Origin: a candidate division WWE3 bacterium | GTDB taxonomy: Bacteria > Patescibacteriota > WWE3 > UBA101185 > UBA10185 | Assembly: GCA_012798315.1 (NCBI GenBank) | Contig: JAAZNL010000004.1 | Span: forward strand, 1-62,279 | DNA: 62,279 nt | Direction: 5' to 3' | Shown: positions 18,358 through 27,114 of the stretch, in pieces | Numbering within the stretch: position 1 is the stretch's first letter | How the letters are laid out: each line of letters starts with the position of its first letter | Notes under the pieces: model-generated | The model's input: only the letters and a program-made list of their open reading frames with translations | What the model was told of the DNA's origin: nothing | The model's database searches: none | Position numbers and translations under genes: made by a program

Positions 18358-19494
18358 ATGAAAACAATTGGAATAGATGGTCGTTTTTATGGGGAAGCCG
18401 GTCCGGGACGCTACGTAAAGAATATTGTAACTTTTCTGGAGAAAGTTGATAAAGATAATAAATATATAGTTTTTTTAAGGCCAAAAGGAATAGAAGAATA
18501 TAAACCATCAAATCCGAACTTTACCAAACAGATAGCCGATTACAAATGGTATTCGTGGGGTGAGCAAATCGGATTTCTGGTCAGACTTTTGTCAAACAAG
18601 CTGGATTTATTTTATGTTCCCCATTTCAACTTTCCGGTTTTGTATCCAGGTAAACTCGTAACCGCAATACCCGATTTAATAATGCATACATACAGCACTG
18701 AAAAAGGCACGACCTTGCCTAAACCATATTTTAGATTTAAAAAATTTGTCTATAAATTAGTAGTGCATTTAGCAGTTAAGCGTTCGTTTAAAGTCATAGT
18801 TCCTTCTTTTGATGTTCTTAATGATTTTCTAAAAGTGTTTCCTCAATATACGAGAAATAAATATATCGTTGCCGTCGAAGGAGTTGATCCGGCATTCCTT
18901 AATCAGGAATATTCAGAAGAAGGTATAAATACAAAAGTTGAGGGAAATTATCTTTTATATGTCAGCAGCATGTACGAACACAAAAACGTACCACGCCTTG
19001 TAAGAGCCTTTAAAATACTTCGTGATAAATACAAATTGGATCTCAAGCTAGTGTTAGCGGGCAAAAAAGATAAGTATTCGCTGGCGGTTGAAGATTTGGT
19101 GAATTCACTTGGTTTACAGGATTATGTCCTTATACCAGGTAACAAAGCTCCGGTGAGTGATAATGAGTCTAAATATTACCGTAAACACGCCTTATTGTAC
19201 GTTTTTCCATCATTAAAAGAGGGTTTTAGTTTAACACCTATGGAGGCTCAAAGCTTCGGTTTGCCATGTATAATTTCGGATATTCCTGTGCACAGAGAAA
19301 TATATAAAGACACGGTGTCTTATTTTGATCCCGGGAACGAAGAAGATATAGCAGCAAAGATCGCCGCACTTTTAGCAAATCAACAGTTGCAAAAAGAATT
19401 AATAGAAAAAGGTTTAAATCATTACAAAAAATTTGATTGGATTAAAACTGCTGAAATAACTAAAAGTGTCTTTGATGACGCTCTAAAAAATTAG
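18358..19494 (+). CDS. glycosyltransferase family 4
   Basis: Carries the block VFPSLKEGFSLTPMEAQSFGLPCIISDIPVHREI. Confidence 0.85.
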   Translation: MKTIGIDGRFYGEAGPGRYVKNIVTFLEKVDKDNKYIVFLRPKGIEEYKPSNPNFTKQIADYKWYSWGEQIGFLVRLLSNKLDLFYVPHFNFPVLYPGKLVTAIPDLIMHTYSTEKGTTLPKPYFRFKKFVYKLVVHLAVKRSFKVIVPSFDVLNDFLKVFPQYTRNKYIVAVEGVDPAFLNQEYSEEGINTKVEGNYLLYVSSMYEHKNVPRLVRAFKILRDKYKLDLKLVLAGKKDKYSLAVEDLVNSLGLQDYVLIPGNKAPVSDNESKYYRKHALLYVFPSLKEGFSLTPMEAQSFGLPCIISDIPVHREIYKDTVSYFDPGNEEDIAAKIAALLANQQLQKELIEKGLNHYKKFDWIKTAEITKSVFDDALKN

Positions 19495-20624
19495 TTTATT
19501 TTGTGAATATAATCTATTAATTTTTTTGCGGAGTCGAACCATGTGTATCCTTGTGCGTAAACTGCACCCTTTTCTGTCATAGACTCCGTACTTTCTTCTA
19601 CCAGTTTTATAATTGCTTCCGACATTCCTTTTGTATCCGTTGGATTAGCGTAAAATACGCTATCTTTCCCAAGTTGTTTATGCGGCGGAATTGAAGAAAC
19701 GGCACAGGGTATTTTAGATGTCATCGCCTCTAATAAAGTTAGGCTGAAGCCTTCTTCAAACGAAAAATTTACAAAACCTTTTGCACTCGCAAAAAGAAGT
19801 GGTAAATTTTCCTGAGGAATCCATCCTAAATATATAACGGATTCGCTTAAGTTTTCTTTTTTGATGCTTTCAAAAATATCTTCATAATTCCATCCCTTCT
19901 TTCCAACTAAAACCAAATTAATTTCTTCCACTTTTTTACTGTTTTTCCGGGCTAAACTAAAAGCCCTTATTAATCCGACCACGTTTTTTCTCGGTTGTAG
20001 AGTTGATACAAAAAGCAGGTAATTGTTTTTTATACCGTATGTATCTTTAATCTTTTGTTTTTGTTGAATATCGTAGTTTTTGCGAAAATCGTCTGAAACA
20101 CCTTCGTGTATCACACGTATATTATTGGAACTTGAAACCAACCCGGCATTTAATATTTGTTCTTTAGTGTATTCGGAAGGAACTACTATCAGTCTAGCTG
20201 TATTACACGCATATTTTAGCAAATTCCATTGAAGTAAAAACCTGAAACTTATTTTGGAAAACTGTTTGTTGGATTTAATTTCTAATCCATGAACCATAAT
20301 TACAACTTTAGTATTTTTAGGATATATAACCGGTACGGTATGTTCCGGACTAAAATAAAACTCAGGAGAATCTTTAAATAATTGTCGGCTTAAGCCATTA
20401 TGTGTCCAGGACAGGCTACTTTGTATTTGTGTAAATTTAACATACGGAAAATCGGTATGAAGTTTATCCAGTAAAGAATCTTTTTTTAAATCCCGATAAT
20501 AAAGCAAAAAATCCTGATCTTTAAAATCTTTAAATAATGTTCTGTACAAATTATAAGTAAAATATTCAGGACCTGCCGGCTCTAAAGATTCAAGTATTTT
20601 ACCGTTTAGTGCTATAGCCATCAT
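19491..20624 (-). CDS. glycosyltransferase family 4
   Basis: Carries the block NFSFEEGFSLTLLEAMTSKIPCAVSSIPPHKQ. Two adjacent ATG codons lie at the start. Confidence 0.85.
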   Translation of the reverse strand: MMAIALNGKILESLEPAGPEYFTYNLYRTLFKDFKDQDFLLYYRDLKKDSLLDKLHTDFPYVKFTQIQSSLSWTHNGLSRQLFKDSPEFYFSPEHTVPVIYPKNTKVVIMVHGLEIKSNKQFSKISFRFLLQWNLLKYACNTARLIVVPSEYTKEQILNAGLVSSSNNIRVIHEGVSDDFRKNYDIQQKQKIKDTYGIKNNYLLFVSTLQPRKNVVGLIRAFSLARKNSKKVEEINLVLVGKKGWNYEDIFESIKKENLSESVIYLGWIPQENLPLLFASAKGFVNFSFEEGFSLTLLEAMTSKIPCAVSSIPPHKQLGKDSVFYANPTDTKGMSEAIIKLVEESTESMTEKGAVYAQGYTWFDSAKKLIDYIHKIN

Positions 20625-20660
20625 AGTGATTATACCTTGTGCTATAGTATTTCCATAACT

Positions 20661-21785
20661 ATGAAAATCGCAGTAGTTTCAGATGATCTTATTCAACACG
20701 GTGGACAGGAACGTGTGACCGATGCTTTTTTAGATATTTTTCCTACTGCAGTGCTTTATTCAAGTGCAATTTCACCTGAATGGAAAACATATCTAAAGTC
20801 AAAGAATGTAAAATTTCACGTATCTTTCGCGGATAAAATTCCGTTCTTTTATAAACTCTATCGTTATTACGCGCCTTTTTTAATGCACAACTTAGCATTT
20901 GAGAGTTTTAATTTAAGTGAATATGATCTGGTTCTATCCAGTTCTTCCCGTTTTGCGCACACGATTTTAACGAAACCAAAGACAGTTCATGTTTGTTATA
21001 TGCATTCTCCCGGGCGTATGTTTTGGCTGACTGATGATTATTTTAAAAACGAATCGTATGGAATTTTAAAACCATTAAAGAAATTTGCCAAAAGCTTTTT
21101 ATCTTACTTTTTGTTATATCAACGCATGCTGGACTATGTCGCAGCCCAAAGAGTTAATGTCTTTTTGACTAATTCGGAAGTAGTAAAAAAAAGAATCAAA
21201 AAATTTTATGGCAGAGAAAGTAGTGTAATTCACCCTTTTATTGATCTTAAACCATTTAAAAAATTAGTTGCAAAAGATGGTGATTACTTTTTGGTTGTCA
21301 CACGCCTTGCCGCCTGGAAACGGGTTGATATAGCAATTGAGGCCTGTATGGATTTAAATTTAAAGTTAAAAATTATAGGTGATGGTCCCGACATGCCGCG
21401 TTTGGTAAATTTAGCGAAAAAATCCCCTTTAATTGAATTTATGGGAGCAGTACCCGATGATGTGAAATTAGATACTTTAGCGGGTTCTAAAGCGTTAATA
21501 CAAACACAGTATGAGGATTTTGGAATAGTACCTTTAGAAGCCAATGCCACAGGGAAAGTGGTTTTAGCATACGGCAAAGGCGGCGTGCTAGAAACAATGC
21601 AAAAAGGTAAAACCGCGGAATTTTTTTACAGTCAAAATGCAGAATCAGTAAAACAATTGTTGATTAGCTTTGATAGTACCAGGTATGATATAAAGGAGTG
21701 CACAAAAAATGCTGAAAGATTCGATTTAAGCGTGTTCAGACAAAATGTGTTAAATTTCATAAACAGCATTGGCAGTGTATACTGA
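20661..21785 (+). CDS. glycosyltransferase family 4
   Basis: It begins MKIAVVSDDLIQHGGQERV and carries YEDFGIVPLEANATGKVVLAYGKGGVLET. I placed the start at ATG 20661 rather than the TTG at 20637. Confidence 0.8.
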   Translation: MKIAVVSDDLIQHGGQERVTDAFLDIFPTAVLYSSAISPEWKTYLKSKNVKFHVSFADKIPFFYKLYRYYAPFLMHNLAFESFNLSEYDLVLSSSSRFAHTILTKPKTVHVCYMHSPGRMFWLTDDYFKNESYGILKPLKKFAKSFLSYFLLYQRMLDYVAAQRVNVFLTNSEVVKKRIKKFYGRESSVIHPFIDLKPFKKLVAKDGDYFLVVTRLAAWKRVDIAIEACMDLNLKLKIIGDGPDMPRLVNLAKKSPLIEFMGAVPDDVKLDTLAGSKALIQTQYEDFGIVPLEANATGKVVLAYGKGGVLETMQKGKTAEFFYSQNAESVKQLLISFDSTRYDIKECTKNAERFDLSVFRQNVLNFINSIGSVY

Positions 21786-21797
21786 TAGAGAAAATTT

Positions 21798-22442
21798 ATG
21801 GACGTATACTCAATTTTAAAGAGACTAATGGACATTTTCGGCGCATTGGTGGGAATAATTATATTTTCGCCGTTATTAATTGGCGGTGCATTATGGGTAA
21901 AAATAGTATCTCCTGACGGCCCAATTTTTGCTGATATTAAACCCAGAGTAGGCAAAAATAGAGCACCTTTTAAATTTTATAAATTCCGTTCTATGGTCAT
22001 GAACGGATACGAGTTTTTGAAAAATAATTATCCGGAATTGCACAAAAAATACGAAGAAAATAATTACAAATTGAGTGCAGATGAAGACCCGAGATTACTT
22101 AAGGGGGCGAAGTTTGTCAGGCATTACAGTATTGATGAAATGCCTCAGTTTTTTAATGTGTTGAAAGGAGATATGAGTATAGTGGGACCCCGGGCTTACT
22201 ATTTTTATGAAGTTGAAGAACAGTGTCAGCGACACCCTGAGGCAATTCCTTATATGGAAGAGGCACTAAAAGTAAAACCCGGTATTACCGGCTTATGGCA
22301 GGTAAGCGGTAGATCCCAGGTAGGTTTTTTGGATAGAGTAAAAATGGACGCATTCTATGCTAAAAAGCGTTCTATACTGTATGATTTACTAATCATACTG
22401 AAAACCCCGTATGTAGTTTTAACAGGCAAAGGAGCCTTCTAA
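21798..22442 (+). CDS. small (PglC/WbaP C-terminal-type) polyprenyl-phosphate glycosyl-1-phosphate transferase (bacterial sugar transferase family)
   Basis: 214 aa with a single N-terminal hydrophobic helix, followed by PIFADIKPRVGKNRAPFKFYKFRSM, DEMPQFFNVLKGDMSIVGPRA and GITGLWQVSGRS. Confidence 0.9.
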   Translation: MDVYSILKRLMDIFGALVGIIIFSPLLIGGALWVKIVSPDGPIFADIKPRVGKNRAPFKFYKFRSMVMNGYEFLKNNYPELHKKYEENNYKLSADEDPRLLKGAKFVRHYSIDEMPQFFNVLKGDMSIVGPRAYYFYEVEEQCQRHPEAIPYMEEALKVKPGITGLWQVSGRSQVGFLDRVKMDAFYAKKRSILYDLLIILKTPYVVLTGKGAF

Positions 22443-22448
22443 AAAAAT

Positions 22449-24395
22449 ATGAACAATTCTAGATTTTGGAATCAGGGAACTACGGCTGCAAGTGCTAAAA
22501 GTCCTAAACAGCCTTCAGTTAATAAAAATTTAATGAAGGGGCTTGGAGCAACCGGGCTGATATTAATCACGGTTGTAGCTTTGGTTTTGGGAACTGGGTA
22601 TATTTTTATTGTACGTCCCGCTTTAGCATTAAGCGCTAATCTCGAATCCCTAAAAAAAGACGGCACTGCCATCTCCGATTCGTTGAGAAAAAGAGATCTT
22701 GTAGAACTTGAGAAAAATTTAAAAAAGACAGAATCCGATTTAGAACAGGTTCGAAAAGATCGGGAAGACAAATTTGGCTGGGCAAAAAATTTAAAGATAT
22801 TTAAAATTAACGAGTTTTATGGGGATTCGGACAGACTTATTAACGCAGGTTATTACAGTATTGATGCTTTGCGTGAAATAGCCAAGGTGGTAACTCCTTT
22901 TGCGGATGCCGCTGGGTTACGGGTTAAAGAAGAAGATGTCGTTTCGGAAGAACAAGGCCTGATGGAAGCTTTCCAAAGCTGGGTTACATTAATGCCCGAA
23001 GTAGCCGGTCAAATGGATGGGGTAATAGAAAAGGTAGCCAAAATAGGTGATGAACTCCAGCCCATAGATACTTCAAAATATCCCGAAAAAATCCGTGGTG
23101 TAGAAGTAAGGTCTACTTTGGATTTTGTTAAAAACACGCTATCCCAGGCAAATGATTACGGCCCCGATCTTAAACAGGCCCTAACTATTTTTCCGAGACT
23201 ATTAGCTGTTGGGACAACTGAAAAACGTTACATGATGATTATGCAGAATGACAAAGAACTACGTCCTACCGGTGGATTCATGACTAATTACGCCACATTT
23301 AAAATTAAAGATGGCCTACTTAGCTCGGATTTTTCTTCTAAAGATATGTATAGTATTGATCTGACGCTGGACATTATAGATGCCACATACGATTTTCCTG
23401 ACGCTCCTCAGCCCTATCCTAAGTATCTAAAAGTTGAAAGATGGTATGCGCGTGATATGAACTTTTCACCGGATTTTGTCACTTCTATGGATCAGTTACT
23501 AAAGTTCTATAAAATGGCAGGTAATATTAACCCTGTTGAAATAAAGCCTGTTGATGGCATTATTGGAATCGACACGCAGGTTATAAGCGAACTGCTTGAT
23601 GTTACAGGTCCTGTTACGGTGAATGGGGTTACGTACAATAGTGAAAACGTTGTATATGAGCTTGAACGAATTGCGTCTCTTGAATTACGCGAACAGCAAA
23701 ATCGAAAACGGGTATTAGGTGATTTGATGGAGGCAATGTTAATTAATGTTTTCGAATCCGACAAAAATTTGTGGTCAAAACTTATAGATAAAGGTATTGA
23801 TTTGGCGATGAGAAAACACATACAGGCGTACGTCTTTGACCCGGAGGCTCAGGCACTAGTAGAAAAGTATGGTGTTGGCGGAAGAATTACCGAAGAAACT
23901 AAAGGTGATTACTCAATGATTGTTTCTACAAATCTTGGCGGAGACAAGACAAACTGGTTTGCTTCTAAAAAAGTTACTGAAACGCTAGAAAAACAAGGTG
24001 ACAAGTGGATTAAGACTGTGAAATTAGACTATTCCTACCCTGAACCTGCAGGCGATTTTGCGCCCTTTGTTAAGAGGTTTAGAGATTGGGTTCGTGTTTA
24101 CGCTCCGGTAGGTTCTACTTTTATCGGTGTTGAAGGTTCCGAAGACGGCACTATGACCGACCAGGAGAGGAACAAAGTTTGGTTTAGCGGTTATGTTGAG
24201 TTAGGTCCTAATGAAACTAAAAGCATGACTTTTAAGTATGAATTGCCTAAAGACGCGGTTACCGGTGATAACTACGTATTGGAACTTCAAAAACAGGCAG
24301 GTATTGATAAAGAACAATATACAATAGTTGTTAATGGTAAAAGTCAGGTTATAGAACTTACAAAGGATACCAAAGTAACCGTAAAGCTTAACTAG
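22449..24395 (+). CDS. membrane-anchored extracytoplasmic protein, DUF4012-like
   Basis: 648 aa with one N-terminal transmembrane helix. The central motif MIMQNDKELRPTGGFMTNYATFKIKDG resembles the N.aE.R.tGG signature I associate with DUF4012. This family assignment is from memory. Confidence 0.55.
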   Translation: MNNSRFWNQGTTAASAKSPKQPSVNKNLMKGLGATGLILITVVALVLGTGYIFIVRPALALSANLESLKKDGTAISDSLRKRDLVELEKNLKKTESDLEQVRKDREDKFGWAKNLKIFKINEFYGDSDRLINAGYYSIDALREIAKVVTPFADAAGLRVKEEDVVSEEQGLMEAFQSWVTLMPEVAGQMDGVIEKVAKIGDELQPIDTSKYPEKIRGVEVRSTLDFVKNTLSQANDYGPDLKQALTIFPRLLAVGTTEKRYMMIMQNDKELRPTGGFMTNYATFKIKDGLLSSDFSSKDMYSIDLTLDIIDATYDFPDAPQPYPKYLKVERWYARDMNFSPDFVTSMDQLLKFYKMAGNINPVEIKPVDGIIGIDTQVISELLDVTGPVTVNGVTYNSENVVYELERIASLELREQQNRKRVLGDLMEAMLINVFESDKNLWSKLIDKGIDLAMRKHIQAYVFDPEAQALVEKYGVGGRITEETKGDYSMIVSTNLGGDKTNWFASKKVTETLEKQGDKWIKTVKLDYSYPEPAGDFAPFVKRFRDWVRVYAPVGSTFIGVEGSEDGTMTDQERNKVWFSGYVELGPNETKSMTFKYELPKDAVTGDNYVLELQKQAGIDKEQYTIVVNGKSQVIELTKDTKVTVKLN

Positions 24396-24399
24396 CTTT

Positions 24400-25152
24400 A
24401 TACAAAAATTTGTTACAGAAGCAATTGTTCTAAAAAACCTAAACTACGGTGATTCGCATAAATTCTATTCGTTACTAACCAAGGATCATGGCAAGATTTC
24501 AGCTCTTGCCATGGGAGTACGTAAAATAAGTTCCCGACGGGCAGGAAATTTAGACTCTCTTAATCATATAGTTGTAAGTATTACAGAAAGCTCCAAAGGA
24601 TTTAAAACTGTAAATGAGGTTAAGACTCTTAACTCGTATAAACGCAGTAAAGAAAGTTTAGATGCTATTTACTATGGTCTAAAATTTGCAGAGTCTGTGG
24701 AATATTCATTAGATCAGGATCACGATCAGCCGGAAATATTCTATCTACTTTTAACCGCGCTGGATTCTTTAGACCAACCAGGTATTCCGGCGAAAATAAT
24801 TGAATTGTGGTTTTTATTAGGGCTTAGTGATGCTTTGGGTTTTAAAATCGATTTAAAAAATTGCGCAGGCTGTGGATTGGTTTTTATACCCCCTTACGAT
24901 AAATTGAGTTACAGTTATGAGTCCGGAGGTATTTTGTGTGGCAGCTGTTCAGGGTATTCACTAAAAATGCGCGCGGAAACTTTCGAGCTTTTAAGATCCT
25001 TACGTAACAACTCTCTCGAAAGCATAACAAGCCAAAACTACTCCGATAACGCCGTAAATGAAGTATCCGCTATTTTAAATACCCACGCGCGCAATATGTT
25101 TATATCCAGAAACGTTGGTGAGAAAACCGGGATGCTTATCGGAAATATTTAA
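24400..25152 (+). CDS. recO: DNA repair protein RecO (start codon uncertain and non-canonical)
   Basis: The in-frame sequence upstream of the tracked ATG (24511) reads IQKFVTEAIVLKNLNYGDSHKFYSLLTKDHGKISALAMGVRKISSRR. This is the RecO OB-fold N-terminus (compare the B. subtilis-type pattern EGIVLR..DYGE..KIVTLLT..HGKI...A.GARK..SR). A downstream Cys cluster, CAGCG...CGSC, is also present. Confidence 0.8.
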   Translation: MQKFVTEAIVLKNLNYGDSHKFYSLLTKDHGKISALAMGVRKISSRRAGNLDSLNHIVVSITESSKGFKTVNEVKTLNSYKRSKESLDAIYYGLKFAESVEYSLDQDHDQPEIFYLLLTALDSLDQPGIPAKIIELWFLLGLSDALGFKIDLKNCAGCGLVFIPPYDKLSYSYESGGILCGSCSGYSLKMRAETFELLRSLRNNSLESITSQNYSDNAVNEVSAILNTHARNMFISRNVGEKTGMLIGNI

Positions 25153-25216
25153 AACCTGATTTCCTCAAACAAGCAGATTGTTCCCTCGAATCAGGGCTTT
25201 GTTGTATACTGAGCCT

Positions 25217-26572
25217 ATGAGTTCAACAGATTTACAGAAAATAGTAGGATTAAGCAAACGACGTGGGTTTGTTTTTCCTGGATCCGATATATATGGCGGA
25301 TTAGCCAATACTTACGATTTTGGCCCTTTGGGGGTGTTATTAAAGAAAAATATCTCAGACCTATGGTGGAAAACCTTTGTAACCAAACGCAGTGATATGT
25401 ATGGGCTTGATACCAGCAATTTAATGAGTCCGAAAGTATGGGAAGCATCGGGACATACCGCAAATTTTACTAACGTATTAATCGATTGTTTAAATTGTAA
25501 GTACAGAACCCGTGCCGATCATTTAATAGAAGACGCACTTCCGGGTTACGAAAACGTAGAAGGCCGCCCACTTTCTGAACTGGATGAAATTATAAAGTCA
25601 AATAATATTAAATGTCCAAAGTGTGGACTTTCAAAATGGACGCCATCCCGTAATTTTAATCAACTTTTCGAGACATCTGTCGGGATAATAACTGAGGGAA
25701 CAGATACGGCATTTCTCAGAGGAGAGTTAGCTCAGGGCATGTTCGTAAATTTTAAGAATGTTCTCGACAGTATGCACCCAAAACTGCCTTTTGGTATAGC
25801 GCAATCCGGTAAGGCTTACCGTAATGAGATTACGATGGGAAAATTTACATTTAGAACTTTGGAGTTTGATTTAGCGGAATTTGAATATTTTGTAGACCCT
25901 AAATATTGGGAAGTTCATTTTGAATATTGGAAAGAGGAAATGATGAAATTTGCTTTAGCAGTAGGTCTGAATGCAACTGATTTACGCTGGAGAGCACATT
26001 CTAAAGAGGAATTAGCCCACTATTCTAAACGCACTGAGGACTTAGAATATCGATTTCCATGGGGATATAAAGAAATGTGGGGTCTGGCGTACCGAACTGA
26101 TTTTGATCTGAAAAATCATATGGAAAAATCAGGTGTGGATATGAATTATGTAGACCCGTTTACCAATGACAAGTTTATTCCGCATGTAATTGAGCCCACA
26201 TTTGGCATTTCGCGGCTATTTACCATCCTTTTAATGAACGCCTACACCGAAGAGCAGGATAGGGTAGTATTAAAGCTTCCAAAGAATATAGCCCCTTATA
26301 GAGCGGCTGTTTTTCCGCTTGTAAAAAACAAAGAAGATATTGTTAATAAAGCGCGAGATATATTTGAAACGTTGGTTACTGCAGGAATATCTACTGCATG
26401 GGATGACCGCGGCAACATCGGGAAAAGGTACTATTCACAAGATGAAATAGGAACTCCTTCTTGCGTAACAATTGATTACCAAACTTTGGAAGATAATACC
26501 GTAACCGTTAGAGATAGAGATACTACAAAACAGGATAGAATACGTTTGGAAGATCTGATAAGCCGTTTATAA
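25217..26572 (+). CDS. glyQS: glycine--tRNA ligase (dimeric GlyQS type)
   Basis: The N-terminus LSKRRGFVFPGSDIYGGLANTYDFGPLGVLLKKNI and the class II core and anticodon-binding blocks match GlyQS. I placed the start at ATG 25217 rather than the TTG at 25178. Confidence 0.92.
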   Translation: MSSTDLQKIVGLSKRRGFVFPGSDIYGGLANTYDFGPLGVLLKKNISDLWWKTFVTKRSDMYGLDTSNLMSPKVWEASGHTANFTNVLIDCLNCKYRTRADHLIEDALPGYENVEGRPLSELDEIIKSNNIKCPKCGLSKWTPSRNFNQLFETSVGIITEGTDTAFLRGELAQGMFVNFKNVLDSMHPKLPFGIAQSGKAYRNEITMGKFTFRTLEFDLAEFEYFVDPKYWEVHFEYWKEEMMKFALAVGLNATDLRWRAHSKEELAHYSKRTEDLEYRFPWGYKEMWGLAYRTDFDLKNHMEKSGVDMNYVDPFTNDKFIPHVIEPTFGISRLFTILLMNAYTEEQDRVVLKLPKNIAPYRAAVFPLVKNKEDIVNKARDIFETLVTAGISTAWDDRGNIGKRYYSQDEIGTPSCVTIDYQTLEDNTVTVRDRDTTKQDRIRLEDLISRL

Positions 26573-27041
26573 AACATGTACATCTTTTTGCACAAAAAGA
26601 ACGCGCCCAAGAGAATTTATTTTAGTTTACTTCTCTCAGGCGCTTTTTCCCGAACCAACCCTTTCTTAACCGGCCGCGATGTGTATCAATTGTGACTCAT
26701 ATAAAAATACGTGCGTCCTTGTGATAAATGCGACGCTTCAGCGCTTGAGTCCTTAATCCGGATGAAATCTCTGGGGTGATATTTAATCCCCAAAGTCACC
26801 GCAATCCGCTGGATAGTCTCAGCGCTTTGCACAATTCCCTCGTTGTTAACCGATGACTCTCTCCATACGAACGAAATACTGATGGGGCGAACACGGTTTT
26901 GTAAGGGAGAAGACGGAAATAACTTTGGTAACATGCTACCCTCCCATTGGAATGAAGAATTCGAACCTATGGTAGAAATGTAGGTTGTATAGCAGGTTTG
27001 CCTTTCATTATAACACTTTCGGGTATTGTTTGTATTGACAG

Positions 27042-27088
27042 TGGATTCCATATGGTGGATATTGGATATAGTTTGGTGATCAATGGTG
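27042..27088 (+). promoter_or_regulatory. array of five phased direct repeats TGG(A/T)(T/G); candidate MraZ operator
   Basis: The repeats are TGGAT 27042, TGGTG 27053, TGGAT 27063, TGGTG 27074 and TGGTG 27084, with spacings of 11, 10, 11 and 10 bp. The array ends about 27 nt upstream of the mraZ ATG. Confidence 0.45.
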
Positions 27089-27114
27089 AAAACCAAAAAA
27101 TGAAGGATTAAAAA

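Noticed and set aside
18329-18511. 60-aa minus-strand ORF across the wzx/GT4 divergent promoter
   Set aside because: It overlaps the 5' end of the GT4 gene in antisense and spans both -10 elements. It has no supporting features.
26950-26975. GGTTCGAATTC on the minus strand, resembling a tRNA or tmRNA T-arm
   Set aside because: The flanking bases do not form a T-stem (ATAGG versus TCTTC). No acceptor-stem complement or CCA-proximal pairing is present, so this is not a tRNA or the tmRNA 3' domain.
26573-27040. RNase P RNA, SRP RNA, tmRNA or 6S RNA as the identity of the long spacer
   Set aside because: I found no GGAAAGUCC/ACAGAA...CCGGCUUA P4 strands and no SRP GGAA-tetraloop/AGCA motif. I also found no GGGG...GGAUUCGAC tmRNA 5' end paired with a 3' tRNA-like end on the same strand. 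The region stays unclassified rather than assigned.
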